Below are positions 25,317 through 32,000 of a DNA stretch of 32,000 nucleotides, piece after piece (the stretch's first letter is position 1; each line of letters begins with the position of its first letter). Origin of the DNA: Clostridiales bacterium 38-18. GTDB lineage: Bacteria; Bacillota; Clostridia; Peptostreptococcales; Acidaminobacteraceae. The DNA is taken from positions 270,683 through 302,682 of the forward strand of contig MKTL01000002.1 in assembly GCA_001897605.1 (NCBI GenBank). Direction: 5' to 3'. The notes below the pieces were generated by a model. The model saw only the letters and a program-made list of their open reading frames with translations. It did no database searches and was not told the origin of the DNA. Made by a program: the position numbers and the translations under genes.

Positions 25317-28300
25317 ATGATCAATCGTATTCAAGCAATAACTGTTGAGCTAGAAAAAGAGCTACTCAACCGATCATTTTTAAAGAATTTTGGAATTACA
25401 CGTAAGCTAATTATAGATTTAACAAGTGATGACCGATTTAAAGAGCAACTTAAAAGCATGATGGATAATAATATATATTCCTGTCAGGCTGTTTTCGAGT
25501 TGCTTTTACCATTTTTTGAGTCCTATTCAGTTCAAATGAATCAAGAGGAATGGTTAAATTACTTTTATCAGTACGCACTTCATTTTTCTTTCCCTAAAGC
25601 AATTACTGCTACACTTACAGTTGCCAAAAATAAAGCGTCCGAGATTTATTTACGTACCCTGAAGATCGTGGCTCAATGGCAAATGCATTCGAAGGATGAA
25701 ACTTGGCAAAGTCAATATCCACTTGAGCTATTGTCAGATAAAGAAATCGATGCACTAGAAGATAAAACAGAGTATTTAGCATTTAAAAGAGCTTATCAGC
25801 ATCTTTATGTCTACGAAATGATGAAGCTCAATCAAGAGGTGATTGGCTTTACGACACTTGATCATATATGTGGCGTCAATCACTTGGCGATGAAAACAGC
25901 GAGACAATTGAAGGCAGCAGGTTTTCCTATTGACCTGGGCAGAGTTTCTGGTGCTGCTATTGGTCATGATGTTGGTAAATTCGGCTGTAAGCCAGATGAG
26001 ATGAAAAGGGTAGCCTATTACCATTATTTCTATACTGGTGAGTGGTTCGAAAATCAAGGTATCGTCTATATTCGTAATGTTGCAATTAATCATTCTACAT
26101 GGGATTTAGAATTAGATGCATTGCCAATTGAATCTTTAATTCTCATTCACAGCGATTTTAGGGTTAAAGCTGAAAGAGTGGCTAATAAATCGTTAATGCG
26201 ATTTTATAATTTACAGGATTCATTCGATGTAATTCTGGATAAGCTGGATAACGTAGATGCTGCAAAGGAAAATCGATATCGAAAAGTATATGCGAAGTTG
26301 AGAGACTTTGAAGCCTTTTTGCAGGATTTAGGAATTAAGACTGAACCGAATGAAGCTTATGATTTGACCGTTCAGTATACGCCGACGACTCAACGTAAAT
26401 ACTTTACTCTGATGCAGGGAGAAGAAATTACTAAGAATGTCATATTTTCTTCAATAGATCATAATATTGAATTATTGTATCGACTTAGAGATGAGGCATC
26501 TCTTAATAAAATGCTTGAACCCGTTCGAAATAGTAGAGATTTGACCAGTCTAAGAGGTTATATCGCTATTATGGAGGAGTATTATACCTATTTGACACAA
26601 AAGCAAAAACAAATAATGCTTAGTTTCTTATATGAAAAACTTGTTTTACCTGAAGAGGATATTCGCAAGCAATGCGCTGAATTAATAGGAACAATTATAG
26701 CCTCCTTTGATGAAGAAATTAGAAAGGAAACCCCGCCAAGTGCGGATCAAGAAGCAAAGGTATTAGATACGATTGAACTTTTAAAAATCTATATTGACAA
26801 GTTTTTAAATCCTGAAAATAAAATCATAGATCGACATAAGAAATTTATCAGCTACAGTATGAGAGATATGTTAGATGCTTATTTTAAGCATCTCGTAGGA
26901 ACAGAAAAACGCGTAAAAAGCTTCGAAGTAACTGTGAATTTCTTCACACAGTACAGTGAGCACGAGCAAATCCGATTCTATTTAATTAAATCTGCTAGAA
27001 TTTTACCTTTTTCTGAATTTACACATGAACAGACCTATACGATTTTAAACTTTGTTTCAAATCTTTTAACCAGTCCGGAGTATAAGGTTCGATTGAGAGC
27101 ATATAATTTAATCTACTCAATCCTACCATTATCAAGCAAGACCATTATTGAGCAGGCTAAGGTTGCAAGAGTTCTTGAGACTATAACGACATTAAATGAC
27201 CCAGCAGAAAATTATGCGAGATTAAAGCTAGCTGAGCAGCTTAATCTTGATGAGCCTGTCATAGAACAGTTCAAGGCTATTTGCTTAGACGATTTGCAAT
27301 ACACCAGCAATATATTCCTTAGCAATTTAAAATCAGCGACATTGGATGTGGCTAAGCGTTTTCAAATAGAGCTTTTAATGAGAAACACGCTACTTTATGA
27401 TTATGAAAATTGCTTTTATATGGCAATGCATTTGTGCAACTTACTAAAGGTAAGTGCCTTAGAATCGGTTAGGAACACGGCAGGTAGGATGCTTCTCAAT
27501 TTAATTCCACATTTAAGCTATGAACAGAAGAACGATATCGCTGTAGAGCTAATTCGTGCGCTAGAGATGGAAAGCTATGAGTTCACTAAATACATTCCAC
27601 CTTATCTTGGGAAGATTATTCTTTCCGTTAAACCAAAAGAGCTTGATGAAATCATCGAGAGCTTTGAGAAAAAAATGAGTACGAACAATGAAAAATTAAT
27701 TGCACTTATTGAAAAAACGGTGGGATATGCAATCGCTCAATATGCAGACTATAAATATGCCTTTAAGGAAGAACTAGAGAATCATAATAAACGAGTTCTT
27801 CGATTATTTGGTGTTCTTTTTAATGGCTTTGTGCACGGGTCAAGCTATGTCAATCAGATGGCATTTTCAGTTATAGCTAAGGACATTCTAACGGATAAAA
27901 ATCTAACATTAAGAAAAAAAGAGTACCTTTATCGTATGGTTATAAAAAAAGTGATGTCCTTAATGATTAACACTGACGAAAGTGAGGAGCTGATTTTTTA
28001 CAACAATACGGCCTGCTTAAAATATATTTATAGCTTTATATCTGCTTTTACTCATGAAATCGGTCCAATTTTATTAAAGCCAAATAATAAGATCGCGTTT
28101 TTTCCAGGAGCGTTTGATCCCTTTACTCTTGGACATAAGCAAATTGCCAACGATATTAAAAATTTAGGCTTCGAGGTAACACTTTATGTGGATGAGTTTT
28201 CGTGGTCAAAGCGAACACAGCCGAATCTAATCAGACGCAATATTATCAAAAAGTCTATTGCCAGTGAAATTGATATCTATCAATTCCCAAGAGACATATC

Positions 28301-30215
28301 TATTAATATTGCAAATGAGAAGGACTTGATCATCCTAAAGGACTTGTTTCCGGAATCAGAAATTTACATTGTCGTTGGTTCTGATGTTATTTTGAATGCC
28401 TCTGCATATAAGGGACAATCACCAGGAATTATCAATGAAATTCCACACATTGTTTACGAACGCTTCTATGATCAGGCTCAAGAGGAAATGCATCAAAAAC
28501 TCGATGAGAAGATGAAAAATCTTCATCCAAACTCGTTAAAATTTGCATTACCAAAGGATTATGAACACATTAGTTCAACACTGATTAGGGATTACATCGA
28601 CGAAAAACGAGATATTTCGACTCTGATAGAGCCTCTTGCACAGAATTATATCTATGAGAAGGGCTTGTACCAGCGCGAACCAATGTACAAAAGTATGATG
28701 ACGACCAAGTCGATTTATTTGGAAGTGCTTGAGCAAGTTGAGGATTACCTTTTAGCTGAAATAGCTGAACTTTTTGGGTCGGATGCAGATGAGATGATAT
28801 CGAATTTAGTACGTGTCTCTGAATACCCAAGCTTTAAGCTATATGTTCTCAGAAGTCTTGAAAAAAGTGGTGAAATAGTAGCCATTAGCGTAAGTCATTG
28901 GCTAAGAGCAACTGAGATTCATCATGAGTTTAATGACGAAATGATCATTCGGTATATTAGAACCAATTCGATTGGCAGAATACTGGTGATCGACGGCATC
29001 ATCAAAAGGAAAAATACAGATATAAGAAATACAGAGCAGATTATGCTTACAGAGACTATTGCGCATGCACTCTCAAGGGATTACACCTATTGTATCTATA
29101 AAGAGGCCTTTAAAGGCTCAACGACAAGAGAAATCTATGACGTATTAGAAATTCAGGGATTTATTAACCTAACATCTGCTAAAACCTCAGAGCTTGTACA
29201 TGTGGTCAATATGTCAGCACCTTGTACGCTAAATCTAGATATTCATTCGATGTTCAAAGAGCCCTATAGAAACACACCAGAGATTTTGACTGCCATGGCA
29301 AAGGCAAGACATAGACTCCAGCTTTCAATGACGCAGCTTTATCCAGGAAATTTAGTATTGAGCTTCGATCGCGCAATGATTTACGAAAACCTAATTAAAA
29401 AGGTATGTGAAGAAAACAATATGCCAACTGTTCCGATCATACCAAAGACGGTAGGTGAAGCAATGTGTGTGCCATTTGGGGCGGTTTTTAAAAGATGGCT
29501 AATTCCAAACACAGTAACTAAAACGCTTCATGCTGAAAAGTATTTTTCTCCGGATCTGATGACGCATCAAATTAAGGAATACCCTTTTTATTTAGATGTT
29601 GAAAATCAAATAAAAATGCTGAAATCCTTTAATCGACCGGTTATTTTAGTGGATGATCTTTTGAACAAGGGCTACAGAGTTAAAGCTTTAGAGCCATATT
29701 TCAAAAAATACGATGTAGAAATTAAGCGCTTTATTGTCGCTATAATGTCAGGACAAGGAAAGGAAATCGCTGAATCTATGGACATTAATGTCGACTCTGC
29801 TTATTTTATCCCCAAAATCAAAGTCTGGTTTTATGAAAGTAAGCTGTATCCATTTATTGACGGTGACGCAGTCTGGCGAGGTGGTATTCCAGAAAGAAAT
29901 TTAATTAATTCAATCAATCTTGTATTACCATATGCATCTGCATCCTATGTAACAGATACCTCCAAGGAGGCAATCTATAATTTATCAGAGACGGCATTAA
30001 CAAATGCAATTGAGATAATGTGTGCAGTTGAAATGGTATACGAGCGACTAAATGATCGTCTGTTGACGATTGATCGACTTGGAGAGGTTTTGAACACGCC
30101 AAGGTATCCAGATAAAGGGAGACATATTTTTTACTCTGATAATATTAAACCTTCAGAGTATATAAAGGATGATTTAGAGCAATTGAAAAAAATGAAGACG
30201 ATCTATATAGGGTGA
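25317..30215 (+). CDS. 1,632/1,633-aa multidomain protein: HD phosphohydrolase, helical region, HxGH/ISSTxxR nucleotidyltransferase, unknown domain, PRTase-like domain
   Basis: Residue numbers count from GTG 25314. HD domain is at about aa 183-283 (DHICGVNH, GHDVGKF with HD at 25965-25970, INHSTWD, IHSDFRV). Aa 290-920 is leucine-, glutamate- and lysine-rich and probably alpha-helical repeats. Cytidylyl/adenylyltransferase-fold motifs are FFPGAFDPFTLGH (aa 929-941) and HISSTLIRDYI (aa 1085-1095). The type I PRTase-like PRPP loop is PVILVDDLLNKGYR (aa 1442-1455, 29637-29678). No Walker A motif is present. ATG 25317 is preferred as the start (GAGAGG 7 nt upstream); GTG 25314 is possible. Confidence 0.8.
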   Translation: MINRIQAITVELEKELLNRSFLKNFGITRKLIIDLTSDDRFKEQLKSMMDNNIYSCQAVFELLLPFFESYSVQMNQEEWLNYFYQYALHFSFPKAITATLTVAKNKASEIYLRTLKIVAQWQMHSKDETWQSQYPLELLSDKEIDALEDKTEYLAFKRAYQHLYVYEMMKLNQEVIGFTTLDHICGVNHLAMKTARQLKAAGFPIDLGRVSGAAIGHDVGKFGCKPDEMKRVAYYHYFYTGEWFENQGIVYIRNVAINHSTWDLELDALPIESLILIHSDFRVKAERVANKSLMRFYNLQDSFDVILDKLDNVDAAKENRYRKVYAKLRDFEAFLQDLGIKTEPNEAYDLTVQYTPTTQRKYFTLMQGEEITKNVIFSSIDHNIELLYRLRDEASLNKMLEPVRNSRDLTSLRGYIAIMEEYYTYLTQKQKQIMLSFLYEKLVLPEEDIRKQCAELIGTIIASFDEEIRKETPPSADQEAKVLDTIELLKIYIDKFLNPENKIIDRHKKFISYSMRDMLDAYFKHLVGTEKRVKSFEVTVNFFTQYSEHEQIRFYLIKSARILPFSEFTHEQTYTILNFVSNLLTSPEYKVRLRAYNLIYSILPLSSKTIIEQAKVARVLETITTLNDPAENYARLKLAEQLNLDEPVIEQFKAICLDDLQYTSNIFLSNLKSATLDVAKRFQIELLMRNTLLYDYENCFYMAMHLCNLLKVSALESVRNTAGRMLLNLIPHLSYEQKNDIAVELIRALEMESYEFTKYIPPYLGKIILSVKPKELDEIIESFEKKMSTNNEKLIALIEKTVGYAIAQYADYKYAFKEELENHNKRVLRLFGVLFNGFVHGSSYVNQMAFSVIAKDILTDKNLTLRKKEYLYRMVIKKVMSLMINTDESEELIFYNNTACLKYIYSFISAFTHEIGPILLKPNNKIAFFPGAFDPFTLGHKQIANDIKNLGFEVTLYVDEFSWSKRTQPNLIRRNIIKKSIASEIDIYQFPRDISINIANEKDLIILKDLFPESEIYIVVGSDVILNASAYKGQSPGIINEIPHIVYERFYDQAQEEMHQKLDEKMKNLHPNSLKFALPKDYEHISSTLIRDYIDEKRDISTLIEPLAQNYIYEKGLYQREPMYKSMMTTKSIYLEVLEQVEDYLLAEIAELFGSDADEMISNLVRVSEYPSFKLYVLRSLEKSGEIVAISVSHWLRATEIHHEFNDEMIIRYIRTNSIGRILVIDGIIKRKNTDIRNTEQIMLTETIAHALSRDYTYCIYKEAFKGSTTREIYDVLEIQGFINLTSAKTSELVHVVNMSAPCTLNLDIHSMFKEPYRNTPEILTAMAKARHRLQLSMTQLYPGNLVLSFDRAMIYENLIKKVCEENNMPTVPIIPKTVGEAMCVPFGAVFKRWLIPNTVTKTLHAEKYFSPDLMTHQIKEYPFYLDVENQIKMLKSFNRPVILVDDLLNKGYRVKALEPYFKKYDVEIKRFIVAIMSGQGKEIAESMDINVDSAYFIPKIKVWFYESKLYPFIDGDAVWRGGIPERNLINSINLVLPYASASYVTDTSKEAIYNLSETALTNAIEIMCAVEMVYERLNDRLLTIDRLGEVLNTPRYPDKGRHIFYSDNIKPSEYIKDDLEQLKKMKTIYIG

Positions 30216-30220
30216 GGTTT

Positions 30221-31459
30221 ATGAAGACATATTTTTATAACATCTGGGAAATTTTATCAAATGAAACTTTGGATTTTTTTGAAGACACAAAAGAAATAGA
30301 CAGTAGAGAACAAGTGAATACCACCAGTAAAATAATCGTATTCAAAGGCGAAAAAAGAAAAACTAAAAAATTGACTGAGATGGCAATTGAAGATCTAGAG
30401 AGTGACTTAACAGAATCTATCGAGAAATTATACAAACAAGATGCAGAACTTTACCCTGCTATAAATATTGATTATTTCGATCAGGATAGATTAGAGGAGG
30501 AGCTTTGTCAGTTTTTGGATTTTATAGCGAATGGGCGCTATGCGTTTAGTAAGAAAAGGGTACATTTACTAGCTTTGGGAGATGTTGGCGGGCAGCTTGC
30601 AACTGGACTAAAGCTATTGGGTGGTGATGTCATTCATACATTAGGCATATACGATATTAACCCGAATGTTATCAAGCGATATGAGATTGAGCTTAATCAG
30701 ATTGCGATCAATCCTGAACTAAAGGTGACGGGTATAAAGGAAACAGAATTATTTGATGCAGATGTTTTTCTGTTTTGTGCCTCGAAATATGTACCAAAGG
30801 TAGGAGAGGCAGTAAGCGATGTTAGAATGGCACAATTTGAAGATAATTCTAAACTGGTAGCACATTTTGCGAAAATTGCCAGAGAAAGGTCATATAAGGG
30901 GATTTTCGGTGTCGTATCTGATCCAGTTGATTTATTATGTCTTTCTGCTTATCATAGTTCAAATTTAAATGATGAAGGTATTTACGATTATAGAGGCTTG
31001 CTACCGGAGCAGGTGGTTGGATTTGGACTAGGTGTAATGGATGCACGTGCTAAATACTATAGTGACCTTTTGAGCTATCAATATCCGGTTGTGGGACGGG
31101 CGTATGGACCCCATGGCAAGGATTTGGTTATTGTTGAAAATGTTGAATGTGAGGCAATAGAAAGGTCTATCGCACTAACTGAGAGAGTAATTACTGCAAA
31201 CCTTGAAATGAGGGCATTAGGATTTAAACCTTTTATTGCGCCAGCACTATCATCAGGTGCAATTTCAATTGTTAGAATGTTAGCTGGAGAATATCATTAT
31301 AGTGCGAACTACTTAAATGGTATTTATTGGGGTGCACTCAATAGAAGAAAAGGCCATTTGATAGATTTTGAGAAATTACATTTACCAAATAAAGAGTACG
31401 AACGTGTCAAATCTGCATATGATAAGTTGGAGGCTCTATGGAATTCATTGATGTCATAA
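30221..31459 (+). CDS. LDH/MDH-family 2-hydroxyacid dehydrogenase-like protein with a 115-aa N-terminal extension
   Basis: Residue numbers count from GTG 30212. Rossmann LLALGDVGGQLATGL...LGIYDIN. LDH-equivalent residues are R205 (SDVRMAQF), VVSDPVDLL, D278-x-R280 (MDARAKYY) and catalytic H301 (YGPHGKD, CAT at 31112-31114). The start is either ATG 30221 (GGTGAGG just upstream) or GTG 30212, which overlaps the upstream stop. Confidence 0.7.
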   Translation: MKTYFYNIWEILSNETLDFFEDTKEIDSREQVNTTSKIIVFKGEKRKTKKLTEMAIEDLESDLTESIEKLYKQDAELYPAINIDYFDQDRLEEELCQFLDFIANGRYAFSKKRVHLLALGDVGGQLATGLKLLGGDVIHTLGIYDINPNVIKRYEIELNQIAINPELKVTGIKETELFDADVFLFCASKYVPKVGEAVSDVRMAQFEDNSKLVAHFAKIARERSYKGIFGVVSDPVDLLCLSAYHSSNLNDEGIYDYRGLLPEQVVGFGLGVMDARAKYYSDLLSYQYPVVGRAYGPHGKDLVIVENVECEAIERSIALTERVITANLEMRALGFKPFIAPALSSGAISIVRMLAGEYHYSANYLNGIYWGALNRRKGHLIDFEKLHLPNKEYERVKSAYDKLEALWNSLMS

Positions 31460-32000
31460 GGTTTGAGCGCAAAGATGGAAATACCGATTTCAATTGGATT
31501 GAAAGCCATATAAACGAAATTGTTGATTTAAATGACATTATAATCAAAAAACGAGTACTTTATATTGTTGAACTCGATGAATTAGGTCAATCTGATCGTG
31601 TTAATGCCTATTTAAAGGAGGCAATTTTTCAATATCACAAAAGTGAATTGTTGCCTTTTGAAGGGCAGGTGGCAGCCTTGATTGTACGCTCAGAAAGCGA
31701 GCTTTACACCAAATCGTTTGCTAAGAAGTTTATGTTTCATCTAAATCAGCTTGGTTGTGAGTTTATTGGTCATCCACTAGTCGAGAGAGTAATTGACGGA
31801 AAGAACTTTAGAACGTGGTCTAAAGCAACTGGTGAGCCAATTGAGGTAGTCGAGAAGGAACAGATTTTAAAGCTAATATCAAGATTGGGAAGCTATGAAA
31901 CTATCCGACGATCAAAAATTAAACTGCTGGTATTACATGCGGGCCATAAAGACACTTCCAACACATTAATGTATTGGGAGCGAATTAAAGAAAAGCTAAA
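31438..32000 (+). CDS. partial CDS (5' part, runs off the window), possibly flavodoxin-like / NAD(P)H-dependent FMN-reductase-like
   Basis: Not in the supplied ORF track because it has no stop. I translated 187 codons with no stop (MEFIDVIRFERKDGNTDF...KIKLLVLHAGHKDTSNTLMYWERIKEKL). The last segment resembles the N-terminal strand and phosphate loop of flavodoxin-fold reductases. GGAGG lies 4 nt upstream. It overlaps the LDH-like gene by 22 nt. Confidence 0.45.
   Translation, partial: MEFIDVIRFERKDGNTDFNWIESHINEIVDLNDIIIKKRVLYIVELDELGQSDRVNAYLKEAIFQYHKSELLPFEGQVAALIVRSESELYTKSFAKKFMFHLNQLGCEFIGHPLVERVIDGKNFRTWSKATGEPIEVVEKEQILKLISRLGSYETIRRSKIKLLVLHAGHKDTSNTLMYWERIKEKL

Noticed and set aside
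25317-30215. Interpreting the giant protein as a STAND/AAA-type NTPase or a classical defence effector
   Set aside because: I found no Walker A (GxxxxGK[ST]) anywhere in the 1,633 aa. I also found no nuclease, TIR, SIR2 or protease motifs, and there are no neighbouring mobile-element or defence-island genes.
755-31509. 21 short ORFs (61-105 aa) in the six-frame track: 755..952, 3821..4018, 5841..6086, 7725..7943, 14750..14980, 14894..15097, 15450..15713, 15673..15891, 16884..17180, 19396..19605, 21485..21733, 21522..21755, 22467..22694, 22483..22719, 24215..24403, 25776..26093, 28585..28830, 29914..30102, 30235..30435, 30849..31046 and 31324..31509
   Set aside because: Each lies inside, or antisense to, a longer ORF that has clear family motifs. 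They have no RBS and their composition is low-complexity or shadow-frame. I treat them as frame shadows.
1-32000. CRISPR arrays, tRNA/rRNA genes, IS elements, integrases or prophage remnants
   Set aside because: Reading the intergenic regions showed only promoters, terminators and the short motifs reported above. There are no spaced direct repeats, no cloverleaf-like sequences and no transposase- or integrase-like ORFs.

Overview
AT-rich, gene-dense segment with about 30 genes and short intergenic gaps. It looks like chromosomal DNA of a low-GC Firmicute, probably an anaerobic Clostridia-type organism, because the [FeFe]-hydrogenase maturases HydG and HydF are present. I found no rRNA, tRNA, CRISPR array, transposase, integrase or phage genes. 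Most of the window is ordinary metabolism and signalling: hutG, pepA, a ferritin-like protein and a GNAT. Next comes a PD-(D/E)xK-like gene coupled to a GlnK/GlnL-type two-component system and an NhaC transporter, then a Crp/Fnr-alr-M20 amidohydrolase operon and a TPR-GAF-GGDEF cyclase. After that there is a TM1266-hydG-hydF-radical SAM operon behind a structured, terminator-containing leader. The remaining ordinary genes are a membrane-anchored PilZ protein, a CoA-type Nudix hydrolase, a UPF0316 protein, a minimal DAHP synthase, an HflK/HflC-like SPFH pair and a YihY/BrkB protein. The stand-out is the last 7 kb. A 4.9-kb gene encodes a 1,633-aa fusion of an HD phosphohydrolase, a long helical region, an HxGH/ISSTxxR nucleotidyltransferase and a divergent PRPP-loop phosphoribosyltransferase-like module. 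It is translationally coupled to an LDH/MDH-like dehydrogenase with intact catalytic residues and to a flavodoxin-like gene that runs off the window. A 14-bp perfect palindrome and a divergently transcribed 205-aa protein of unknown function lie upstream. I do not recognise this as a characterised system and rank it as the best candidate for novel biology. All functional calls come from motif reading by eye; no database search was possible.
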